Below are positions 7,685-15,938 of a DNA stretch of 27,802 nt, piece after piece. This stretch comes from Candidatus Hydrogenedentota bacterium. GTDB taxonomy: Bacteria; Hydrogenedentota; Hydrogenedentia; Hydrogenedentales; SLHB01. The translations under genes were made by a program, and so were the position numbers. The stretch's first letter is position 1. Each line of letters starts with the position of its first letter. A model generated the notes under the pieces. It did no database searches. It saw only the letters and a program-made list of their open reading frames with translations, and was not told the DNA's origin. The stretch lies in NCBI GenBank assembly GCA_007136375.1, contig SLHB01000122.1, forward strand, positions 1 to 27,802, read 5' to 3'.

Positions 7685-8204
7685 GGAGCCCCTCATCACC
7701 GCGGACGCCATCGCGAAGCGCGTCGTGGAATTGGCCGCCGCCATTTCGCGGGATTATGCTCACCGCGACATCTTGGTCCTCGTGGTGCTGAAAGGCGCCG
7801 CCATTTTCGCGGCGGACCTCATTCGCCACTTGGCGACGCCGGCGCGGCTAGAATTCGTTCGGGCGCGGAGCTATACGGGCCGGCGCTCGGCGGGCGCCGT
7901 CGAGATTACCGTCTGGCCAGAGCGCTCCCTCGCCGGGCAGGACGTCTTGGTGATCGAGGACATCCTCGACACTGGCCGCACGACCGCCGCCATCCTCGAT
8001 CGCGTGGAGGCGGAAGGTCCGGCCTCCCTCGCGTACTGCGCCCTGCTGGACAAGCCGTCCGGGCGCGTCTGCGAGTTGCGGGACGGGTACACCGGCTTCA
8101 CCATCGGCGGGGAATTCGTGGTCGGCTATGGCCTCGACTACAACGAGCACTACCGCGAGCTGCCCGCCATCCACTTGTGGACGCCAAGCGGTCCCACGGA
8201 CTAA
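7668..8204 (+). CDS. hpt: Hypoxanthine phosphoribosyltransferase
   Basis: VLKGA, PRPP-binding motif VLVIEDILDTGRT, LLDK, FVVGYGLDYNE.YRELP; overlaps the tilS stop. Start at ATG 7668 or 7671 after GAGGTGG. Confidence 0.96.
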   Translation: MMGLSKEPLITADAIAKRVVELAAAISRDYAHRDILVLVVLKGAAIFAADLIRHLATPARLEFVRARSYTGRRSAGAVEITVWPERSLAGQDVLVIEDILDTGRTTAAILDRVEAEGPASLAYCALLDKPSGRVCELRDGYTGFTIGGEFVVGYGLDYNEHYRELPAIHLWTPSGPTD

Positions 8205-8229
8205 CGCCCCCGCCGGCCCCTTTGGCCCG

Positions 8230-8259
8230 GTGACGGCGCCTTTTCCCGTCTGTTATGAT
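8230..8259 (+). promoter_or_regulatory. Candidate sigma70 promoter for the M42 peptidase gene
   Basis: GTGACG (8230-8235), 18-nt spacer, TATGAT (8254-8259) preceded by the extended -10 TG (8251-8252). Confidence 0.5.
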
Positions 8260-8333
8260 GCGCGCCACGCAAGGGGCGGCGGTCGGCGCTCCCGCCCTGT
8301 TCCGCGCAATAACCCAGGCGCCAACGGAGGAGA

Positions 8334-9401
8334 ATGGATCGCATGCGGAAGGAATCCCTGGAATTCCTCAAGAAACTGGTCACGACGCCGAGTCCCTCGG
8401 GGTTCGAGGCGGATATACAGCGGGTTTGCAAGGACTATGTGGAGAAGCACGCCGATGAGGTCTACAAGGACGTTCACGGCAATCAGTTCGCGGTCCTGAA
8501 TCCCAAGGGCAAGCCGCGCATCATGCTCGCGGGCCACGTGGATGAAATCGGCCTCATGGTCAATCACATCGACGACAACGGGTTCATGTCCGTGGCGCCC
8601 ATCGGCGGCGTGGATGCGTCGATCCTGGACGGCCAACGGGTGGTGGTGCATGGAGAGGGCGGGGACGTCAGCGGCGTCATCGGCCGGCGCGCCATCCATC
8701 TCACCGATCCGGAAGACCGGGGCAAGCCCCTCAAGATGCACGAACTGTGGGTGGACATCGGCGCGAAGGACAAGGCGGATGCGCAAAAGGCCGCCGCCGT
8801 GGGCGATCCCGTCACCCTCGACGTGGGATTCACCCAGTTGCGCAATGACAACGTCTGCGCCCGCGCGCTGGACGACCGTATCGGCGCTTTCGTCGTCATC
8901 GAGGCCTTGCGTCTTCTCGCCAAGAAGAAGCCGACCTGCGCCGTCTACTGTGTCACCACGGTGCAGGAGGAGGTGGGCCTGCGCGGCGCCGCGACCGCCG
9001 CGTACAGTTGCGAACCCGACGCGGGCATCGCGGTGGACGTCAGCCACGCCACGGATCACCCGAACTGCGACAACAAGCGCTACGGCGCCACAACCCTCGG
9101 CGGCGGCCCAATTCTCGCCCGGGGCTGTAACATCAATCCTGTCGTCGCGAAAGGCCTCGCGGATGCGGCGAAGAAGGAAAAGATCCCCTATCAGATGTCC
9201 GCGGAGCCGCGGGCCACGGGCACGGACGCCAACGCGATGCAGCTCAGCCGGGGCGGCGTGGCGACGGGACTTGTGGGGATTCCGAACCGGTACATGCATT
9301 CCCCCGTGGAGATGGTGAACCTTGGCGATGTGAAGCACGCGTCCGATCTTATCGCCGCGTGGATCGCCAGTCTGAACAGCAAGGTCAGCTTCATTCCCTG
9401 A
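8334..9401 (+). CDS. M42 family metallo-aminopeptidase (TET/FrvX-like)
   Basis: SPSGFE, AGHVDEIG, ALDDRIG, VQEEVGLRGA, AVDVSHA, GTDA, RYMHSPVE metal-ligand motifs. Start at 8334 or 8343. Confidence 0.95.
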   Translation: MDRMRKESLEFLKKLVTTPSPSGFEADIQRVCKDYVEKHADEVYKDVHGNQFAVLNPKGKPRIMLAGHVDEIGLMVNHIDDNGFMSVAPIGGVDASILDGQRVVVHGEGGDVSGVIGRRAIHLTDPEDRGKPLKMHELWVDIGAKDKADAQKAAAVGDPVTLDVGFTQLRNDNVCARALDDRIGAFVVIEALRLLAKKKPTCAVYCVTTVQEEVGLRGAATAAYSCEPDAGIAVDVSHATDHPNCDNKRYGATTLGGGPILARGCNINPVVAKGLADAAKKEKIPYQMSAEPRATGTDANAMQLSRGGVATGLVGIPNRYMHSPVEMVNLGDVKHASDLIAAWIASLNSKVSFIP

Positions 9402-9426
9402 TCCATGTTCCCAGCGGAGCGGCGCT

Positions 9427-10407
9427 TCAGATCTCCACGTGGCGCCCGGTCTCGGCCGACTCCAACGCGGCCTCCACGACCTCCAGCGCGTGGACGCTCC
9501 ATTCCAAGGCGGGTTCCGGCGCGTCTCCGCCGGTGATGGCTTGGACGAAGGCGCTCGCGGGACAGCCGTCGTACCTGGGCAAGTCCGGCGCAATCTGGGC
9601 GCCCCGGGCATCATGCTGGATCAGGCCCACGCCGTGGCGGAGGTGGAGCGCGCCTTCCCCGCCGATCACGGCGAGATCCTCATGCCAGGCGGGGGCGTGG
9701 CCGGCGATGGAGATGGACCCCAGGGCCCCATTGGCGAACGTCAGGGACAGGGCCGTATTCACATCCACCGGAATGTCGAAGCGTTCGATCCGGGCGCAGA
9801 CGCTCGCCACCCTGCTGTTCACGGCCCAGGACGCGCACTCCAGGAAGCAGTTCCCGGCGTCCAAGAGCTGGCCGCCGCCGGACAGTTCCGGATCGTGCCG
9901 CCACGTGCCGCGGGTCATGTGCAGCCAATCCTGGCAGTGGATGGCGTGGATGAACTGGACCGGCCCGACGGCGCCCTGTAGCAGTTGGGCGCGCATGTAC
10001 CGGAAAGCGGGCTCATGATGGCGCGGCCGGGCCGCCATGAGGACGCGATCCTGTTCGCGGGCCTTGGCGATGAGGCGCCGCGCGCCTTCGGCGGAACAGC
10101 CCATGGGCCGCTCGCACAGGACATGGAGCCCAGCTTCCAGCGCGGCCGTCACATGTTCTTCCTGAAGCTTGGGGGGCGAAGCGACCAGGCAGGCGTCCAA
10201 CGTTTCTTCGGCGAGCATGGCGGCGTAGTCGCGGTACACGGCTACGGGTGCTTGGTCGCCGCACTCGGCGCCCAGCCGGTCCGTCGCCTCCTCGGCGGGA
10301 TCCGCCACGGCCGCCACGCGGGCCCGGCCGGTCTCCTGTATCCGCCGGCAGCGTCCGGCGGCGGCGCGCCCGGCTCCGATCACGCCCACCCGGGCCATGT
10401 CGATCAT
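9427..10407 (-). CDS. Gfo/Idh/MocA family oxidoreductase
   Basis: Real start is MIDMARVGVIGAG (ATG 10407, RBS GGGAG). Rossmann N-terminus, HVLCERP (variant of EKP), GGGQLLDAGNCFLE, ALEVVEAALESAETGRHVEI. The tracked ORF to 10878 is over-extended. Confidence 0.92.
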   Translation of the reverse strand: MIDMARVGVIGAGRAAAGRCRRIQETGRARVAAVADPAEEATDRLGAECGDQAPVAVYRDYAAMLAEETLDACLVASPPKLQEEHVTAALEAGLHVLCERPMGCSAEGARRLIAKAREQDRVLMAARPRHHEPAFRYMRAQLLQGAVGPVQFIHAIHCQDWLHMTRGTWRHDPELSGGGQLLDAGNCFLECASWAVNSRVASVCARIERFDIPVDVNTALSLTFANGALGSISIAGHAPAWHEDLAVIGGEGALHLRHGVGLIQHDARGAQIAPDLPRYDGCPASAFVQAITGGDAPEPALEWSVHALEVVEAALESAETGRHVEI

Positions 10408-10409
10408 GC

Positions 10410-11129
10410 CTACTCCCGTTCCAAGCGGTAACCCGCGCCGCGAACCGTCGTGATGAACTGGGGAGCGTCCGGATCGGCCTCGAGCTTCTTGCGCAGCCGC
10501 CCGATGTGGACGTCCACGGTCCGTTCGTCGCTGGCGCCGCCACGGGGCCACGCCTGCTCCATGAGTTGCTCCCGGCTTAGCACGCGGCCCGGGTTTCGAG
10601 CCAAAGCCACGAGCAGGCCATACTCGGTGGGGGTCAAGTCGAGAAGACTTTGACCGCGCCATGCCTGCCGCGCCCCTTGGTCGATCCGGAGGGCGCCAAA
10701 CACCAGGGGCGGGCCCTCCGAGGGGGCGTCTCCAAGGGCGCGCCGCCGCAGGATCGCCTTGACGCGGGCGGCCAACTCTTCGCCGCTGAAAGGTTTCGTC
10801 AGGTAGTCGTCGGCCCCAATGCTCAAGGCGAGGACTTTCACGATCTCCGCGCCGGTGCTGCTCAACATGAGGACGCACAAGCCGGGCCGGCTCCGGAGGC
10901 GGCGCAGCACCTCGATGCCGTCCATCGGAGGCTCCATGGAGGAGAAATCCTCGCCGGACAAGGTGATATCGAGAACCACCAGGGCGGGCTGGGCGGCGTC
11001 CACCGTCTGCAAGGCTTCGGGCCCGCTGGCCGCGGTAAGCACCGTGAAACCATTGTGGGCAAGAATCGACCGGACCTGATTGCGGACTCCCGGATCGTCA
11101 TCCACCACTAATACGCGTTCACCAGCCAT
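10410..11129 (-). CDS. OmpR/PhoB-family DNA-binding response regulator
   Basis: VLVVDDDP, LVVLD (phospho-Asp), GADDYLTKPF, wHTH LTPTEYGLL...REQL...RTVDVHIGRLRKKLE...ITTVRGAGYR. Confidence 0.96.
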   Translation of the reverse strand: MAGERVLVVDDDPGVRNQVRSILAHNGFTVLTAASGPEALQTVDAAQPALVVLDITLSGEDFSSMEPPMDGIEVLRRLRSRPGLCVLMLSSTGAEIVKVLALSIGADDYLTKPFSGEELAARVKAILRRRALGDAPSEGPPLVFGALRIDQGARQAWRGQSLLDLTPTEYGLLVALARNPGRVLSREQLMEQAWPRGGASDERTVDVHIGRLRKKLEADPDAPQFITTVRGAGYRLERE

Positions 11130-11162
11130 CGGCCCGGTCCTTCATCAAGTCCGTGATCCCTG

Positions 11163-13100
11163 TCAGTCGTCCAGGACATCCCGAATGGTCTGTCCCAGTT
11201 CATGAAAGCGGAAGGGCTTTTGCAAGACGGGAACCGCGATGTCTGTCCCGTCGCTTCCCGGCAACGTGTCGCCCGTGTATCCACTGAGAAACACCGCCCT
11301 AAGCCCCGGAGCTTCTCCGCGCAACTTTTCATAGAGGACGTTGCCCGGGGTCTCCGGCATGATAATGTCCGTCACAAGTAGATCTATCGTGTCCCGGTTC
11401 TTCCTGAATACATCAACGGCCTCGCTGGGTTTCCCCGCGGCGAGAACGGAATAGCCCATGTTGTCCAGGGCGGCGGAGACGAGCTTACGCAACTGGTCGT
11501 CGTCCTCTACGAGGAGCAGTGTCTCCCCCTGTCCCATGGGAATGTGCACGCGCTCTTTCTCCTTCGCCGCTGGGGGCGTTTCGGCAGGGGCCGCGGGGCG
11601 CTCGCCCGCCGGGAAACAAATGTGGAACGCGGTTCCCCCTCCAGGCGCCGTTTCCACGTCTACGAAGCCGCCGCACTGTTGAATGACGCCGTACACGGTG
11701 GACAGGCCGAGGCCCGTTCCCGCGCCCGCGGGTTTGGTGGTGAAGAAGGGCTCGAATATGCGCTCCGCCGTATCGGCGTCCATCCCGCAGCCCGTGTCCC
11801 GCATCGTTATCCGCACGTAGGCCCCCGGCGCAACGGGCGCGCCATCGCGCGCCTGTTCCCCGGCTACTTCTGTCACACCCGTGGAGATTGTCAGACGGCC
11901 TTCGCCGTCCATGGCGTCCCGGGCGTTCACCGCAAGGTTCATCAGGATCTGCTCGAAGCTGCCGGTGTCCACTTCCACCGTGGGCAACCCTTCCTCAAGC
12001 TGGGTCTCCACGGATATCGCCTCGCCGATGACCCGGCCGATGAGGCGGGACATCTCCGCGATCACTTCGTTCGGGTTGATCCGCCTGGCGGAGCCGCTCT
12101 CGCGGCGGCTGAACAGCAGCAATTGACGGACCAAGTTGGCGGCCTTTTCCGTCGCAAGGTTGATTTGCGTCAGTTCCTGAAAATGGGGCGCGTTAGGCGT
12201 CAGGTCCGCGAGGATCATCTGGGTGTAGCCGCCGATGGCCATCAGCAAGTTGTTGAAGTCATGGGCCACGCCGCCCGCCAGCCGGCCCATGGCGTCCATC
12301 TTTTGGGAGTGCCGCAACTGTTCCTGAAGCCGGACGCGCTCGGTGATGTCCCGGGAATTGATGACGTAGCCGCTTAGGAGGTCGGCCTGCATGGCGGAAG
12401 CGACCGATTCGAGGTGGACCCATTCGCCGGTGGCGGAGCGGAACCGGTAGGTCGCTCTGGAAACGCCTTGGCCGGCGGCCAATCCGTCGACAAACACACG
12501 GAACGTTTCGTCCCGGTCTTCGGGGTGAACGTATTCAAAGGCGTTGCTGCCGACGATCTCGCCCGCTTCATAGCCGAGGATGCGCTCGCCGGCGGGACTT
12601 TGATACAGGATGACGCCCTCGGCGTTGAGGATGGTGATGATATCGGTGCTGTGTTGCACCGCCGCCTTGAAGCGTTCCTCGCTCTCCAGGAGGGCGAATT
12701 CAGCCCGGCGCTTCTCCTGGCGCAACCGCTTGTCGCGAAGGGCGCGCTGCACCGCCGGACCCAGCCGCGCCAGCCGGCCCTTGAGCAAGTAATCCGCGGC
12801 GCCGGCCCGGATGCATTCGACGGCGGCCTCTTCGCTGATGCTGCCGGTCACCACGATGAAGGGAACGTCGAGGCGGGCGTTCTTGAGGAAGGTTAGCGCG
12901 CGAGAGGCGTCGTAGGAAGGCAGCGTGTAGTCGGCGAGCACAACATCCGGCGGGGGGCTGAGCGCTTCCTGAAAGCCGCGCTCGCTCTCGGCGCGGGACC
13001 ATGTGATCTCTTCGTAGCCGCTCTGCTTGAGCGCGCGCACCATCAATTCCGCGTCCGGGGGACTATCCTCGAGGATCAACACCCGCAACGGAGAGCTCAT
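11163..13100 (-). CDS. Hybrid sensor histidine kinase (REC-PAS-HisKA-HATPase-REC)
   Basis: Start [12 protein letters not shown] (ATG 13100, RBS CAGGAG); N-terminal REC with ADYTLP; PAS; H-box [11 protein letters not shown]; N-box [10 protein letters not shown]; DTGCGM; PFFTTK..GTGLGL; C-terminal REC with TDIIMP and KPF. Confidence 0.96.
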   Translation of the reverse strand: MSSPLRVLILEDSPPDAELMVRALKQSGYEEITWSRAESERGFQEALSPPPDVVLADYTLPSYDASRALTFLKNARLDVPFIVVTGSISEEAAVECIRAGAADYLLKGRLARLGPAVQRALRDKRLRQEKRRAEFALLESEERFKAAVQHSTDIITILNAEGVILYQSPAGERILGYEAGEIVGSNAFEYVHPEDRDETFRVFVDGLAAGQGVSRATYRFRSATGEWVHLESVASAMQADLLSGYVINSRDITERVRLQEQLRHSQKMDAMGRLAGGVAHDFNNLLMAIGGYTQMILADLTPNAPHFQELTQINLATEKAANLVRQLLLFSRRESGSARRINPNEVIAEMSRLIGRVIGEAISVETQLEEGLPTVEVDTGSFEQILMNLAVNARDAMDGEGRLTISTGVTEVAGEQARDGAPVAPGAYVRITMRDTGCGMDADTAERIFEPFFTTKPAGAGTGLGLSTVYGVIQQCGGFVDVETAPGGGTAFHICFPAGERPAAPAETPPAAKEKERVHIPMGQGETLLLVEDDDQLRKLVSAALDNMGYSVLAAGKPSEAVDVFRKNRDTIDLLVTDIIMPETPGNVLYEKLRGEAPGLRAVFLSGYTGDTLPGSDGTDIAVPVLQKPFRFHELGQTIRDVLDD

Positions 13101-13363
13101 GGTCCGATACTCCTGACTACCGCCGGGCGTCACAAACAAAGTAAGCGTGGAATTACGGCCGAAGCGCCGCTCGCCAATAGCACTCAGGGCGCTGCCTGAC
13201 CACAGTCAGCGAACTAAGACCCGGACTTCCTGTAACTGTATACGCGCCGGCCTAGGTTCGGTTCCATGCCCAACCCGGGGTCTCCGGCCTGGTTACGGCC
13301 TGTTTCATGAGGCGGCCAGGGGGCGGCCACACTGCTTTCCAGCCGCGGGGACTCATGGGGCGC

Positions 13364-15814
13364 CTAGGCCTCGCCGCCGCCCAACGTGAAGTAGAACGCG
13401 GCGCCCTTTCCCGGTTCGCCTTCCGCCCACACGCGCCCGCCGTGTCTGCGAACGATCCGCGAGACGGTAGCGAGCCCCACGCCCGTTCCCTCGTACTCAT
13501 CGGCCGAATGGAGCCGTTGAAAGACCGCGAACAGCTTATCCGCGTAGGCGGGGTCGAACCCCGCGCCGTTGTCCCGCACACAGTACACCGCCTCATTGTC
13601 CCTGTCAAACGCCTCAATAACAATCCTAGGTTCAGGGGTATCCCGGGTAAATTTAAGCGCATTATCCACTAGATTATACAAGACTTGCTCCAATAGCGTG
13701 GCGTCGCCCCGCCCGGGCGGCAGCGGATGGAGCTCGCACACGTCCGGATTCCGCCCGTGGCGCTGGAGCGCGCTTTCCATCGCCGAGCGGGCCAGGGCGG
13801 TCATATCCACGCTGTCCACCCGGAGTTCCTTCCGGGCGCAGCGGGAGAAATCCAGGAGTTGGCCGATGAGTCCGTCCATCTTTGCCGCGCTGTCGCGTAT
13901 CATGCGGAAGAGCCGCTGGGCCTCGGCATCGAGGGCGGCGCCGTAGTCTTCCTCGATGATGGCGGCAAACCCGTCAATAGCGCGGAGCGGGGCCCGGAGG
14001 TCGTGGGACACGGAGTAGGAGAAGGACTCCAGTTCCTGGTTGGTCTCCTCCAAGAGCGCCGTCCGCTCGCGGACCCGCGATTCGAGCTGCTCGTTCAACT
14101 GGCGGACCGCCTCCTCGGCTTGAACGCGGGCGGTGATGTCCTTCGCGAGAATCAATCTGGCGTCCCGGCCTTTATGCGTAAAGCGGTAGCCCGCGACCTC
14201 CATGTGCATGGCGGCGCCGTCCCGCCCTTTGTGGACGCACACAGCCGTCTCCTCCGCGCCGGCCTCCGGGCCGCCGCCGGGGGGCGGAGGCGGCGCCTCC
14301 TCGTCCACGCACAGATCGGCCCACGTCATGGCGAGCCATTCTTTCGGCGCATACCCGTAGTGGGCCACGGCCGCCTCGTTCGCCTCCAGAAAGCGGTGGG
14401 TCGACTCGTCCATGATGTACATGGGCAGCGGATTGTGGGCGAAGAGCAAGCGGTAACGCGCCTCGGAGGCCTCCAAGCGCTCCCGCGTCCGTTTGAGGTC
14501 GGTGATGTCCACGGCTTCGCCGCCAACAGCCTCCACGCGGCCCTCGGAGTCGAACATGGGGAAGCGGACCACCCGGAAGTGGCGGGCCGCGCCCTCCGTG
14601 AGGGACATTTCCTCGCACACGCTCGGCGTGGCGAAACGGATCACGTCCTCATATTTTTGCGTCAGTTCGGCGGCGCGGTGCGGAAAAATCTCGGTCAACG
14701 GCTTGCCCGCCGCTTCCTCCGCGCTCACCCCCGTGAGCCGCTCCCAGGCGCTATTCGCTTGGAACAGCGTCAGGTCCTTGTTGACCACGGTCACCGCGTT
14801 GGGCGTGTTCGCCATGAGCCGGCGAAGCGCTTCCCGCACGCGCCGGTGCTCTTCTTCCTGGACGACCTTTTCCGTAATGTCTTCCAGCAACGCTATCGCG
14901 CCCGTGGGCCCACTCCCGCCGTTGTCGCCGTTTTTCAAGGGCGCGGCGGACAAGCTCACATGCACGGGCGAGCCGTCGCGGCGGCGCCGGACCAAGCGGA
15001 CACCCGTGAGCCACTTGCCTTCGAGGATTCTGTCCAGGAGCGCCTTGAACTCGGCTTCGGCTTCCGGCGGCACGATGGGCAGGGGCGCGCCAACGACTTC
15101 CTCCGCGGTCCATCCGAATATCCGCTCGGCGGCTTTGTTCCATAAGCCAGAGACACGGCCCTCCGGGTCCAAGGTGAAAATGGCCAAGGGACTGGCCCGG
15201 ACCACGGCCCGCAGCCGCGCCAAGGCTTCGTCCCGTTGGGCGGCGAGTTGCGTTCGCTCCGTCACGTCCCGGACGAACCCGAGATACCTTCCCGCCCGCA
15301 TTTGCTGCGCGCTCACCTCGACATGAATGATGTCTCCGTCCTTGCGGAGAAGGGTTTGGTCGCGCCGGATGACCTCACCACGTTGGAGCGCGTCAAAAGG
15401 CATCGGGGCCTCGGTCTGCCCGATGATGCTGTCCAGCCGCCGGCTGCGCAGTTCTTCCGCGGAATAGCCCATCAACGCGCAGAACTGGGGGTTTACATCG
15501 AGAAACCTACCCTTATCGTCGAAGATGACGATGCCCTCGGAGGCTTCCTCTACGATGGCGCGGTACCGCATCGCGGTTTCTTCGGCTTTCTCCTGAAGGT
15601 TACGAACAAGGGAGAAGCGGTGGTGGAGCAGCGCGCCCAAGAGGATGGCCGTCGCCAGGATGAAGCCGATGCCCTTCAACACGTTCGCCCACATGGGCGG
15701 GCTCTCGAGCCATAACAACTCGAACAGGCCATCGGAAAAGAGAATCCAGCCCGCGCCAACAACGAAATAGCCCAAGGCGATCAAGAGGGCGTCACGGGAA
15801 ATCGCAGCCTTCAT
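13364..15814 (-). CDS. Membrane-bound sensor histidine kinase with four PAS domains (Cph1/BphP-type kinase core)
   Basis: Two N-terminal TM segments (GWILFSD...KGIGFI); four PAS repeats; H-box SYSVSHDLRAPLR; NLVDNALKF; DNGAGFD; VFQRLH..EYEGTGVGLA. Start at ATG 15814 after GGAGGG (alternative GTG 15826). Confidence 0.96.
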   Translation of the reverse strand: MKAAISRDALLIALGYFVVGAGWILFSDGLFELLWLESPPMWANVLKGIGFILATAILLGALLHHRFSLVRNLQEKAEETAMRYRAIVEEASEGIVIFDDKGRFLDVNPQFCALMGYSAEELRSRRLDSIIGQTEAPMPFDALQRGEVIRRDQTLLRKDGDIIHVEVSAQQMRAGRYLGFVRDVTERTQLAAQRDEALARLRAVVRASPLAIFTLDPEGRVSGLWNKAAERIFGWTAEEVVGAPLPIVPPEAEAEFKALLDRILEGKWLTGVRLVRRRRDGSPVHVSLSAAPLKNGDNGGSGPTGAIALLEDITEKVVQEEEHRRVREALRRLMANTPNAVTVVNKDLTLFQANSAWERLTGVSAEEAAGKPLTEIFPHRAAELTQKYEDVIRFATPSVCEEMSLTEGAARHFRVVRFPMFDSEGRVEAVGGEAVDITDLKRTRERLEASEARYRLLFAHNPLPMYIMDESTHRFLEANEAAVAHYGYAPKEWLAMTWADLCVDEEAPPPPPGGGPEAGAEETAVCVHKGRDGAAMHMEVAGYRFTHKGRDARLILAKDITARVQAEEAVRQLNEQLESRVRERTALLEETNQELESFSYSVSHDLRAPLRAIDGFAAIIEEDYGAALDAEAQRLFRMIRDSAAKMDGLIGQLLDFSRCARKELRVDSVDMTALARSAMESALQRHGRNPDVCELHPLPPGRGDATLLEQVLYNLVDNALKFTRDTPEPRIVIEAFDRDNEAVYCVRDNGAGFDPAYADKLFAVFQRLHSADEYEGTGVGLATVSRIVRRHGGRVWAEGEPGKGAAFYFTLGGGEA

Positions 15815-15891
15815 CAATCCCTCCACCTTCGGCCGCGGTGGGCGAAACGCTCCACCCGCGCCAACGCTTTCTGTTAATTCACCGTGACGCC

Positions 15892-15920
15892 ATCATGCTG
15901 AATATAGTAAGCCATATCAA
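15892..15920 (-). promoter_or_regulatory. Candidate sigma70 promoter for the PAS histidine kinase gene
   Basis: Minus strand TTGATA (15920-15915), 17 nt, CATGAT (15897-15892), in an AT-rich intergenic patch. Confidence 0.55.
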
Positions 15921-15938
15921 GGACCGGCGCACGCCGGC

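Noticed and set aside
10408-10878. N-terminal extension of the Gfo/Idh/MocA ORF in the track
   Set aside because: It overlaps the response regulator in another frame. The true start with an RBS is at 10407.
13101-13363. Possible remnant of a single-domain response regulator or a small peptide gene (34-aa MSPRGW...)
   Set aside because: No receiver-domain motifs in any frame and no convincing RBS.
13727-15145. 472-aa plus-strand ORF (and similar ORFs at 11544-12377, 3191-4564, 17241-18167)
   Set aside because: These lie antisense to well-supported genes and show typical shadow-frame composition.
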